Shown here one piece after another: positions 30,401 through 38,198 of a stretch of DNA of 64,000 nucleotides (positions are counted from its first letter, which is position 1; each line of letters begins with the position of its first letter). A program made the position numbers and the translations under genes. The DNA lies in NCBI GenBank assembly GCA_963693055.1, contig OY843751.1, positions 5,760,001 through 5,824,000 on the forward strand, in the 5' to 3' direction. Under the pieces are notes generated by a model. It was not told the DNA's origin and made no database searches. It saw only the letters and a list, made by a program, of their open reading frames with translations. This DNA is from a bacterium. Its GTDB lineage: Bacteria > Zhuqueibacterota > Zhuqueibacteria > Residuimicrobiales > Krinioviventaceae.

Positions 30401-32869
30401 ACGGGCAATACGGTAGCTGGACTGGTTCAACATTCTTGTATCGAGCGCGTCTGGTTCGTTGTAAAGTTCTGCTTTTTCCGTGCCCTTGTATGAATAGGTC
30501 AGTCCTAAACAATAGAGGATTACCTGCTGCTCGGGATAATCTTTGACCAGTTGCTCATATTCAGTAACCGCATCATCAATTTTCCGGAGATAGTACAAGC
30601 ACTCTATATATCCACGGTGCGCATGCAAATTAGTGGTGTCCATCTCCTTGGCGCGTTGATAGCGCAACAATGCCAGACTGAACTCTTGTGCAGACTTTAA
30701 CTCATCTCCGGAATCCAACAGCGCCTTTAACAACCGATTCCAGGCTATTTCTGAAAGATCTTTACGATTGCTGTTGTAACGATTTACCAACTGCTCAAGT
30801 AATGAAAAGGCACGCAGGTTCTCGCCCATCATCAGCAAAGACTCTGCAATAGATAAATTGGCAGTAAAAACTTCCTCTACCAGATCGCCAAATAACGATT
30901 CTACCATTTCATATTCCTGAATTGCCGAGGCATAATCCCCCGCGTTAAACAGGATTTTACCAATACGAAGTTGTGCCGCTGCCGCTAGCAGTGGAAACTG
31001 AGCATATTGCCCAACAATCTCACGATACCGGCTGATCAGATCAAGCTCATTGTTGGCATCTGTTACCAGTAAATCCAGAATGCGATCACGGGCGGGAACC
31101 ATCCAGTCACGTTGTTCCGGATATTTTTGAACGACCTGCAAGTATGCCTGTATAACTTCATCCTGTGTAGCAAACCGGTTGAACACGTCTCCTATTTTCA
31201 ATTGGGCTTCCGCGCAATAAAAGTTCTGATCCGGAAACGTTTCCAATACCTGTTCATATGCCTTAAACGCCTGCGCGTCTTGTTTTATCTGGTAGAACAG
31301 ATCGCCCAGCACTATATATGCGGCAGACATGGGTTCGGCTTCCTGCTTGTATTTTTCAAGAATGGCATCCAACTCGGGTTTTAGCAGTTCCAGCCTCTTT
31401 TGCCCTGATCTTACGTCCCTGGCCTTTAACCCCAATTTTAACATTTCAGCATAGGCCGCCAGTGTTTTTCGTTCAGGAAAATTCTTTAACAAGATTTCCA
31501 GATATAAATTCGCCTGCTCAGGATAGTCGAGCAATTTAAAACAAACTGCTATTTCATACAGCGTTTGCGGAGAAACATCGGTAGCTGTTCCAAAATAGTC
31601 AATAACTCTTTTAAACGCCAGTTGACGGTCCCACAAAAGTAACCGCTGCTGCTTGGTCATAGATTGCGGGTCCCAGTCTAAAAACAACGGGCCAAGAGTC
31701 AAACGCGTCATTTCAGGAGACTGTGCATAAATGGAATCTGCCAGTTGATACTGTGCAGAAGGATTGTCAACACGCGGTATATACCCGGTTGACGGGAAAG
31801 ACCAAATATCGAGGTTGCCGCCCCGGTCAGAGGTAAAATATATCCTGTCGTTAGAGCCGGTATAAGGCTGCATTACCTGTTCACCACCGGAAGTGAGCGG
31901 CATGGCATATGATGCCATTTTCAAATTAAAAGACTCGCTCAATACCTGCAACATGGGATCACTGACAAACATTAATTCAATAGGTGATTTAAAAATCTGG
32001 GCTTCCCAAACGGCAGCGCGGTCCGTAGGCGTTAACGAGCCGTCTTTATTGGTATCAAACTCGTTCCGTAAAAAAACAACCTGCGTGGCTTCTTTGGTCC
32101 AGCTCGGGAACCCGTCAATGGCCGGTCCTTTAGTCAACTGATATGTGGGATATTCACGCGGGTCCCAAAGTAAGGTATCTTGGCCTGTGGGTTTTGGGCC
32201 CTTGAGATTGATAATAAAAATATCACCATTATTTTCCGGACCGTCTCTGAAAGAAGTAAAGGCTATCATTTGCAGGTCAGAACTCCACATGGGGTGGGTA
32301 CCACCCTTGTAGGTCAATTGTAATTTGACGTCTGTATGCTCATTATAAAACCAAAGTTCTTCACTGCCACTACGGTCAGAGACCCAACAAATTTTTTTAG
32401 AATCCGGAGACACGGTAGGATATCCGTCATACCCCATATAATCGGTAAACCGCTCAGGGTCTCCTTTGGGATAAAGCCTGCCCTTGATCTCGCGCAGATG
32501 CACCATCCAGATATCGCCCGCGGCATCACTGCGCTGTGAAACAAATACAATCGTCCGGCTGTCAGGATACCACACCGGATAATAATCGTCTGCTTTATGG
32601 AACGTGACCTGAATGGACCTTCCGCCTGCAGTGCTGCGGATCCAGATATCAAAATTATCAGACTGGCGCGATACATAGGCCATCCATTTGCCGTCAGGAG
32701 AAATACGTGCAGACAAGTCAATATCGGGGTGGGTGGTTACCTGCTGATAATCCAGTTTTCTATTTTCTGGCGTTTGCGCAAAGCTGAACGAACTTGACAA
32801 AAACGACACTGTCAAGACAAGTGTTAGGAATATGTGTTTGATCCTAAATTTCATTATTTTCCTGACCAT
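24425..32869 (-). CDS. Giant exported TolB-like (PD40) beta-propeller + TPR + tandem CHAT-domain protein (likely start at Met6, nt 32854)
   Basis: Signal peptide; PD40 repeats (SPDGKWMAYVS, WYPDSRTIVFVS, FTSDRGGNLDIW); many TPRs; C-terminal CHAT with FSCHG and MSACETG; an earlier degenerate CHAT copy. Confidence 0.88.
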   Translation of the reverse strand: MVRKIMKFRIKHIFLTLVLTVSFLSSSFSFAQTPENRKLDYQQVTTHPDIDLSARISPDGKWMAYVSRQSDNFDIWIRSTAGGRSIQVTFHKADDYYPVWYPDSRTIVFVSQRSDAAGDIWMVHLREIKGRLYPKGDPERFTDYMGYDGYPTVSPDSKKICWVSDRSGSEELWFYNEHTDVKLQLTYKGGTHPMWSSDLQMIAFTSFRDGPENNGDIFIINLKGPKPTGQDTLLWDPREYPTYQLTKGPAIDGFPSWTKEATQVVFLRNEFDTNKDGSLTPTDRAAVWEAQIFKSPIELMFVSDPMLQVLSESFNLKMASYAMPLTSGGEQVMQPYTGSNDRIYFTSDRGGNLDIWSFPSTGYIPRVDNPSAQYQLADSIYAQSPEMTRLTLGPLFLDWDPQSMTKQQRLLLWDRQLAFKRVIDYFGTATDVSPQTLYEIAVCFKLLDYPEQANLYLEILLKNFPERKTLAAYAEMLKLGLKARDVRSGQKRLELLKPELDAILEKYKQEAEPMSAAYIVLGDLFYQIKQDAQAFKAYEQVLETFPDQNFYCAEAQLKIGDVFNRFATQDEVIQAYLQVVQKYPEQRDWMVPARDRILDLLVTDANNELDLISRYREIVGQYAQFPLLAAAAQLRIGKILFNAGDYASAIQEYEMVESLFGDLVEEVFTANLSIAESLLMMGENLRAFSLLEQLVNRYNSNRKDLSEIAWNRLLKALLDSGDELKSAQEFSLALLRYQRAKEMDTTNLHAHRGYIECLYYLRKIDDAVTEYEQLVKDYPEQQVILYCLGLTYSYKGTEKAELYNEPDALDTRMLNQSSYRIARALALDYTMVQPYLTLSYNYEMMEQAEARERAKPKPFYIRLWNTLRTPFDYVYDIVTFAKVEPKRGYYERAIHELTKAIGLNDAEVDPDLEANLALNLANNYYNLGEYGYAKAYEYYHIKLKYDSTFYDKQREALIYERMGHCSYKVEDVVGGEKYLLRAIQLYTELEDEGHVLLNLSRLALLYQDTGLSEFAVEYFQKVADIYKRKNMYDNLMRSYRSIALNYLILEEPQDAIYYAKQALELLQSGKVKEIKQDPSRVKVGLLGLHVPVPFVNLNNMLPMAALRFTTEDESALVYTILGSSYSYEKNYKEAITNLDKKMVLFKKQDDKASQATLLNNIGYLYFLNGDYENAWGSFSESLKLCKDKKLLRGILLNSSNLARIVMAMNAAILEDQLDYTQVKDQFLQYQNDAAENINDALDRIQDEEFRYVKIKIEMYRYLADFSLIHFDEQEDLKSDIESNLFIFENGTYAQTYLEEALRTAKAYELLEEECSIEYDLGKLFYKLGNADESYAHLQNARRMAIRNAYYDMLWRIDTHMGDLLSMMPRDVKVKYSIQKDPYEYFIEAIDVLQAHPAKITGANAATLRTTYQKPYRRVIRYMVEKNDLNGALAMSEQMRAKLYLDMVSSENIDLRKERHKIYYGNAKFLQRTINELEISLLQMRNRFDIPYADIIEKRKELDSYKQEYETLLSDARLEVPELETLVRVNPVTCEMLQKKIRPGEALLYFTELEDQLLTWLVTKNQINYIGYQLSRHELNRFADQVFTAFKTGVDEIPDLSGINLFAVLDQAQSPVKHLVVVPPNELLLLPWSAMLYRNYPDDMDITTSTSLTDYYYSYDRRKIQGQRIFFASRDLSSQVLKDEGYTVILPMTSQEQNSFSAQGQPLGRSDVIYLQVQGEWNEIDPARSRMGFRIKQSSLAVFSSIDLYAMNLNAGLVQLSFEHDIPFRKFSQPFIAWERAFGYAGVPSMLVSLWPLPPESEKEFLSVYYKFLQDFPAAEALNMTRNHYAQADSSFRFWAGYQLYGFGGMSRDEEEQYAQEGFEGQVRRGHSAYELGEWEDAIRMYESAQRMAERQNDSESIELLQQRILECAVNGGFWSKAIETQLTQIENAQATNDVAAEANGYSNLAFFYTQNKEFDKGIEAKARFTRLAEQYGLKEEEAHSLRETGLIYERGGQYKLALSLFTEALDKFRSIENREGEAQCLRDVGRVNFFYLDNYYDALVVQRQALDIFKTLGITPDFVDALHNLGNTNEKMANYKRALAYQQQALEYAVQLDDVRLQGLSRQYLANVFWKMGSYQSALEQQEQALAIFESLQDNKLLQVANATRGLIALSFGDPEKAQTFELKALELATALGDRKDEATIYKNIGMIQRAQGRDDLALSSFEQAAEIDSLINSKRGMAYDLRNIASIQIGMGVNSPSRQHLNRSLQISQDIQDWRNTTQCYLELGRLEMLDVRPDSARVFFGKSAELAENLYMPEIQWRAHKYLAETWQGVNADSVSAQYYKAIDVIESMRAMIKVEEFASGFVDDKLDVYGALIDLHLEQGQVEQAFDLVERSKSRSFLDMLGSKEIAFNTQNRDLLAKEDSLDTKLKETQTRLFYLRSKNDSLAQDEMNQLEDLVKQIEQERDSLLVRLQQSDPELSDMLSVNPLTVEQLKEKLPARVGILEFYLYKDHLYSWLLTRVGIDYRKIEIDPEQFEKDVFELRQVLDRQLSVSNWSQSLYEKLIGPWDTELYKTDHLVLVPQGSLHYLPFAVLQNKDQVYFGLSHSLSIAPSATVMAYCLDKGDSLHITNRDSMSVLAFGNPDLGSKKWDLPFASREVNSLNRYFTHVNMLLNKRATETNLYSFSEYPPIMVFSCHGEYDDANPLLSALLLSPDSTNDGKLEAEEIFSLDLNAYIVAMSACETGLGTIRGGDEVVGLSRSFIYAGTSSLLSSLWKVDDLATAVLVKRFFRYLSEGKSRADALRMAQKIVHDEINPYPSFWAAFTLTGDWR

Positions 32870-33405
32870 GAACCATCGCTTTTTTGTATCAATGTGCCGT
32901 CCGGCGAATTATCTATATTCAATTTTGCAAAAATCTTGTTGCGTTCCTCATCATCTGCAGCAGCCGCAGATGGGTTAATTGCAAGTATACGCTCATATAT
33001 CACCTTACGGTCCTGATTTTCTTCAGTTACAATCTGATCTATTATGCGTTTATACTGAGAATCTGATTCATACTTTTCAGTTGGCAATATTTCCAGATAG
33101 CCCTTGTTGTTTTCACCCAGAACCTGTTCTTTTTTAAACTCGTCAATTTCATCCTTGTTAAACTTGCGGTTTTGAACAGATTCCAATACATTTTGGCGCT
33201 GTGCAGACATGGTTTGTGTCTGACCACCGCCAACCGAACGGGTAGATGCAATAACCCATGTATTGCTTTCAATCTCTGCAAACGCACCTAACACTTGTTC
33301 TTCCAGCATAGTTTTATCACCACTAATGCTGATTTCATCAGTAGTAACACTACAATTTATATATACTAAAGTAGTTAGTATAAGAAAAATAACAATTGTT
33401 CTCAT
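32854..33405 (-). CDS. DUF1318 (YdbL-like) putative lipoprotein
   Basis: Hydrophobic leader ending YINC; LGENNKGYL, ENQDRKVIY..I, GTLIQ..DGSW typical of YdbL/DUF1318. Confidence 0.75.
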   Translation of the reverse strand: MRTIVIFLILTTLVYINCSVTTDEISISGDKTMLEEQVLGAFAEIESNTWVIASTRSVGGGQTQTMSAQRQNVLESVQNRKFNKDEIDEFKKEQVLGENNKGYLEILPTEKYESDSQYKRIIDQIVTEENQDRKVIYERILAINPSAAAADDEERNKIFAKLNIDNSPDGTLIQKSDGSWSGK

Positions 33406-33422
33406 TTAATTCTCCTACAAAC

Positions 33423-36400
33423 TTAATTTATTGTTGATGCATTCAATATCCGATCAATCACAAATTGAAGAGGAGTTCTTGAAATATTATAACTATTTCC
33501 TTCTAATTTGATTGGAAGATACCAAGGTCTACCTAATTCAATTGAAGTGTACATAAATCCATGTCGTACTTCAAAGGTGAATAGCTTTGGTGTATATCCC
33601 TGGTTAATAAGGAATCTTGTAAATCTTATTCCTGAATCTTCTTCTTCAGGATCCAAGGAAAGCAGTAAATTATCTGCAACACGTGACCCTATCTCGGTAA
33701 TGTAAAAATAACCTCGAATATCCAGTTTCTCATTGGGATCCACTCCAGTTCCTTCAAATTGAGCGTTGCCATTTATAACGCCCAAACTCTCTTTTCGCTT
33801 TAATCCCGCCAGCAACCGGTCCGAGTTGATACCTGAAAAATGGGCAGACAAATTATAGGTCGCTTCTGCCAGGTTGCCGCCTGCAAGGTTAACAGAGATC
33901 CTGCCGCCCAGGTTTCCATCATAAACCGTTGCCATATATGAAGGGATTTCCACCCGGCCGCCTCCCAGCACAGCTTCAAATTCAAAGTTGTCAATTTCAT
34001 AACCCGCGGCTTTTATCTTTTCAATACTCAGGTACGACATGTTTTCAAGCGAATTACGATAGTAATCCCGATAAGCCAGATAATCAATTGAACCATCTGT
34101 GGGAGTCTGTATAGGCGCCTCTTTGTCCGCCAGAAAAATCCCTTTAACCAGATCCATACGTTGATGTACTTTTAAATCCGCATTGATATTGCTGACAGCT
34201 GTTTCAGCCGGCAGCAATATAGTCAAGTCCTTGGTATTGACATTCGCAAAAATGTCCAGTAATGCCGTGTCCATATTGACGGTTGCACTGAGATCGGTTT
34301 TACCGTCCAGTTGAATATCCCGGGTTATCTGCAGTGGCTCTTCAGCATTTTGATGAAAATCCAATGTTGCAGAAATGAGTGGGGCCGTATCTACATTTTC
34401 TATATTGGCATAAAACTCGCCCTTTGCCAGCAATTCAGGCAAAAAGATTAGACCATTTTCAACCCGAAAACTCTTTAAATCATTGCTGTGAACATCCAAT
34501 GATATCACATTATCTAAAAAAGCCGCCCGTCTTACATTATCCGTCAGGGTTGTATCAATTTTTAATGAAACGCTAACATCCGCTTTATTATCTGAATTTA
34601 ATCCTGCATCCACATTCAAACGAATTCCCGCAATTGAAATAAACTGATCAGGATAATGAACCGACGTCTGCTCTGTAAAGACCTTGCTTTCAAGATCGAA
34701 AACCGGCAGTTCACCGGCCAGATTGCCGACAACATTCGCGGTGACATGGGTTGCACCGGTTACCTTTAAACTGGCAAACTGTTCTTTCATACGCCGCGGC
34801 ATCCAGTCCAGAACAGGTGCATGGTACAATGCCAGGTCTTGCAGTTTGACCTTAAAATCGGTTTTACCCACATCAAACGTGCCATTTAAACTGGCTGTTA
34901 AAATCTGGTTCAGTTTGACAGATAAATTATGAATATCCAGATGCTGGAACAAGGTGTCAATACCGCACAGCAGGTTGGTTGTAAAATGAATTGGAGGAAA
35001 ATTTTCGGTTTCATATTGCATGGGTATCATCAAAGAATCTGTGGCAAAATCGAGATGGGTAGAGATAGAATCCAGCGTTTGAATGCCAATATCCAGCTTT
35101 AGGTTTGCGGTTGTTTCAAGCGGCAGGGGTACCAGATTTCTTGTATCGATATCGGAAACCTTGACCACCCCATTACCTGTAATTGATTGTAAGGTCTTTT
35201 CCGCGCCCAGTGTAAAATGAGAATAAAAGGTGGTTCCCAATACATTGGCAACCTCAAAACCCAATTCCACATCTCTGGGCATCATATACTCGTTTATACC
35301 CGCCTCTAGATTTAATCCGCCCTTACCGGTATATATTTCAAGAGTATCGCTCAAGCCATAATACACAGAATCAAAATTTACAGATACTGTTGCGTTTAAA
35401 CTTTGCAATCCCTTAAAATTGAGTCTGCCGTCTGATCTTGCCAGCAAATTCAGGTTCACCAGCTCTGCCTGTCCCTGGTTTAAGGTCAAGCCAAAATCGA
35501 GAAAATCCGCAAAGGCCTGAAATTCCAATCCTTCTGTGGAAGAACTGTCTGGCAGCGTGCCTTCAACACGGGTTCCCGCAAAGGTAATAGCAGCATTGGG
35601 ATTTTTAAAATATATATCCGGGAACATCGAATCGGGCAGTACAGACCTTCCCAGGGACAAAAGCTGCTGCACAGGTATTCTGCTCTTGTCTACGGAAGCA
35701 GAAAGATGCGGGGGCCACTGTTTGTAAAATCCATCAACTTTGATGCTAGAACCCAGCCAGGTTTCATCTCCTACCTTGACGGTCAAACCGGGGACTAGTA
35801 CTTTTTCCTCTTCAACAAGAACATGCACATCACCAGACACGGTTATGGGATAAATCAACGGAATGACAGGAAAATCAGGCACTGCCGAGGAACGAAACTC
35901 GAGGTCACTGACCTGTAAAAACAGAGAGGCATCCAGACTATCCAGTGTGGCAATTCTGACCTTGCTGTTCAAAGCAATCATACCTGTTACAGACATTTCA
36001 TCACCGCCCGCAACATACTGGCTGAATTCAAAAACGGCCTTGTCTACATTCAGTTCCAGTGCGGCTGCCAGGGCACTGTCATTCGCCATTACATCACCCT
36101 GGGGCACATAAATATCATCCAGACCCACATCCAAATCTGCAAGATACAAAACTTGACTGGTTAGACTGTCCTGCATTTCCATGCGGAATTTTGTATCTTG
36201 CAGCCGAAATTGCTTCAAGGCAATACTAACCGGCAATACCGGTGTTTGCAACGAGTCCGCTGGCGGCTCTTTTACCGTTGTTGTATCCTGAGGTGGAGCA
36301 ATCATGTTGATAAAAATATCCGGCGAGTTGAGCTCAATCTCGTCAATGACAACACGCTTGTGAAACAGCTCACGAATATTGTATTTTAAAATAATTTTGT

Positions 36401-36719
36401 GTATAGATGCAGACTGGACCGGAAAATCATCCGGCAAGGCCTGGTCTTGCTCTAGTGGAAAGAGTGCGATATCTGTAAATTCAATGCCTTTCAGCAGATT
36501 GATATCTACACCCTCTATGGTCAGATTTCGGTTAAACTGTTCCCTGACAGTTTTTATCGCCAAACCTTTAAAATACTCGGGTGGAAAAAATAGATAAACG
36601 ATTATAATTAATAAAAGGATGAGCCCAATAAAACCCAAACCCAAAAACAACCAGAATCGGAAAAAACGTCTCCAAAACCCCCTTTTAACTCGTTTTTCTT
36701 TTTTTGTTCCAGTTGCCAT
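33423..36719 (-). CDS. AsmA/YdbH/TamB-like intermembrane bridge protein
   Basis: Basic N-terminus plus single TM anchor, AsmA-type N-domain (NRNLTIEGVDINLLKGIEF..I...IDEIELNSP), long all-beta body, C-terminal YDGNLGGRISVNL...HFSGIN. Confidence 0.75.
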   Translation of the reverse strand: MATGTKKEKRVKRGFWRRFFRFWLFLGLGFIGLILLLIIIVYLFFPPEYFKGLAIKTVREQFNRNLTIEGVDINLLKGIEFTDIALFPLEQDQALPDDFPVQSASIHKIILKYNIRELFHKRVVIDEIELNSPDIFINMIAPPQDTTTVKEPPADSLQTPVLPVSIALKQFRLQDTKFRMEMQDSLTSQVLYLADLDVGLDDIYVPQGDVMANDSALAAALELNVDKAVFEFSQYVAGGDEMSVTGMIALNSKVRIATLDSLDASLFLQVSDLEFRSSAVPDFPVIPLIYPITVSGDVHVLVEEEKVLVPGLTVKVGDETWLGSSIKVDGFYKQWPPHLSASVDKSRIPVQQLLSLGRSVLPDSMFPDIYFKNPNAAITFAGTRVEGTLPDSSSTEGLEFQAFADFLDFGLTLNQGQAELVNLNLLARSDGRLNFKGLQSLNATVSVNFDSVYYGLSDTLEIYTGKGGLNLEAGINEYMMPRDVELGFEVANVLGTTFYSHFTLGAEKTLQSITGNGVVKVSDIDTRNLVPLPLETTANLKLDIGIQTLDSISTHLDFATDSLMIPMQYETENFPPIHFTTNLLCGIDTLFQHLDIHNLSVKLNQILTASLNGTFDVGKTDFKVKLQDLALYHAPVLDWMPRRMKEQFASLKVTGATHVTANVVGNLAGELPVFDLESKVFTEQTSVHYPDQFISIAGIRLNVDAGLNSDNKADVSVSLKIDTTLTDNVRRAAFLDNVISLDVHSNDLKSFRVENGLIFLPELLAKGEFYANIENVDTAPLISATLDFHQNAEEPLQITRDIQLDGKTDLSATVNMDTALLDIFANVNTKDLTILLPAETAVSNINADLKVHQRMDLVKGIFLADKEAPIQTPTDGSIDYLAYRDYYRNSLENMSYLSIEKIKAAGYEIDNFEFEAVLGGGRVEIPSYMATVYDGNLGGRISVNLAGGNLAEATYNLSAHFSGINSDRLLAGLKRKESLGVINGNAQFEGTGVDPNEKLDIRGYFYITEIGSRVADNLLLSLDPEEEDSGIRFTRFLINQGYTPKLFTFEVRHGFMYTSIELGRPWYLPIKLEGNSYNISRTPLQFVIDRILNASTIN

Positions 36720-36770
36720 GCCGTGATTAACCGCCTGTATATTATCAAAAATTTGGATCCGAAAACCGGT

Positions 36771-38156
36771 TTATTCAAACAAATAACCTTTTTGTGAATT
36801 AGGTAATTCTGGTTTCTTTTCAATAAACTGTTCTTTATTCAACGCATAAAGTGGTGAAACTTCAACCAGGTCCGTTACATTTCCATCTGAATCTTTATTC
36901 ACCGTCAACCCGGCACTCTCCATCCATTCACCATACAGATTCAACTGGTCCTGTTTTGCGGTTTCGGGCGAATCAACACCAGTCTTGTTTTTAATGGGAC
37001 TGAAATCGTTTTTCCGCTCTGTTTCCATCACCATCACTTTTTTTGCAAAAGGAAACGCGTCAAAAATAAACTGCTCAAATTTAAATCCGTTTGGAGTTTC
37101 AGGATTTACCAACTCTCCCGAATCGTTTAAATATGGTATTTTCTTGTGCGCAATATGGTATGGAAGCTGGATCTTTTCATCATGAATCCGCTGAAAAAAA
37201 TCAACACTGAATACATGCATGCCAATACTTCCCTGACCAAAAGTCAACTTGCCTTTATCGTTGACGGCAAGCTTTTCTTCATCGCTGAGTTCGGTATATT
37301 CAATGACCACGGTTTTGCCGTTCATTTCACCAATATTGCCAAGCTTTTCAAACGGATCATTTTTATATACTGTCTTGGCAGACATATCCGCATTGTTCAA
37401 TTCATGATACCCAATGAATGCAGGATCACAAACATTCACCAGGGGACTGTCAACCTGGAAATAATAAAGACTCTTTAATCCACGATTTTGCATGTCGTCC
37501 AGAATCTTGTTTTTAAACAACGCGCGCAACATGCCACCATGACCATCGGGAGACATGGCTACCCTATCTTTAGATTCCAGAAACATTTTGCCATTTTCAT
37601 CAAGTGGTGGCAGCATACCTTGCTTAAAAAAGATGATGGTTGACGCGTCTTTACCAAAAAAGCCGTTTGATTTGAAAAAATCAACCGTATCCTGATAATT
37701 CAATTCACTGGTCATAATATAAAAAGGAATAACCGCATTCAACTGTTTTTCACGGGCAAGGATCTTTTCCGTATGAAGCTGAAACAATGTCTTGCCGGTA
37801 ATGGGACCCACCGGAAAGGTTCCTTTGGGGCCGTCAAATCCCAAACGGGTTCCTTGACCACCGGCAACCAAAAGTGCTCCCACCTTATTATTTGCAATGA
37901 GCTTTTCTCCCACAGCTACGGCTGTATCATATTCCTCAACTTGCTGTGGGGTCTCCGGCAACTCGATAACATCTGTTGGATTCAGTGTGCCGGGTGTATA
38001 GTGTCCTTCATGCTGATTTTTCAACAATCCGGCACAATAATTTACAATATCAAAATCTAAATCTTCAAGTCGTTCTGTAAATATCTGGTTATCATCAAGC
38101 TCTGATAAATATTTTAAAACATGTTCCTGTCCATGTTCACTAAACTGATTTAGCAA
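36771..38156 (-). CDS. UDP-N-acetylglucosamine pyrophosphorylase, UAP/UDPGP family
   Basis: LVAGGQGTRLG..GPKG, YIMTS, SPDGHGG, QVDSPL, EYTE, KFEQFIFD, FSPIKN; TTG start with AAGGA SD. Confidence 0.88.
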   Translation of the reverse strand: MLNQFSEHGQEHVLKYLSELDDNQIFTERLEDLDFDIVNYCAGLLKNQHEGHYTPGTLNPTDVIELPETPQQVEEYDTAVAVGEKLIANNKVGALLVAGGQGTRLGFDGPKGTFPVGPITGKTLFQLHTEKILAREKQLNAVIPFYIMTSELNYQDTVDFFKSNGFFGKDASTIIFFKQGMLPPLDENGKMFLESKDRVAMSPDGHGGMLRALFKNKILDDMQNRGLKSLYYFQVDSPLVNVCDPAFIGYHELNNADMSAKTVYKNDPFEKLGNIGEMNGKTVVIEYTELSDEEKLAVNDKGKLTFGQGSIGMHVFSVDFFQRIHDEKIQLPYHIAHKKIPYLNDSGELVNPETPNGFKFEQFIFDAFPFAKKVMVMETERKNDFSPIKNKTGVDSPETAKQDQLNLYGEWMESAGLTVNKDSDGNVTDLVEVSPLYALNKEQFIEKKPELPNSQKGYLFE

Positions 38157-38198
38157 TTTTCTTCCTTTTCTGCTGTGATTCCTGTCAACTATTCCAGA

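Noticed and set aside
24425-32869. TPR-CHAT as a Craspase or anti-phage defence effector
   Set aside because: It has a signal peptide and propeller, sits in an envelope operon, and no Cas7-11, gasdermin or defence-island genes are nearby.
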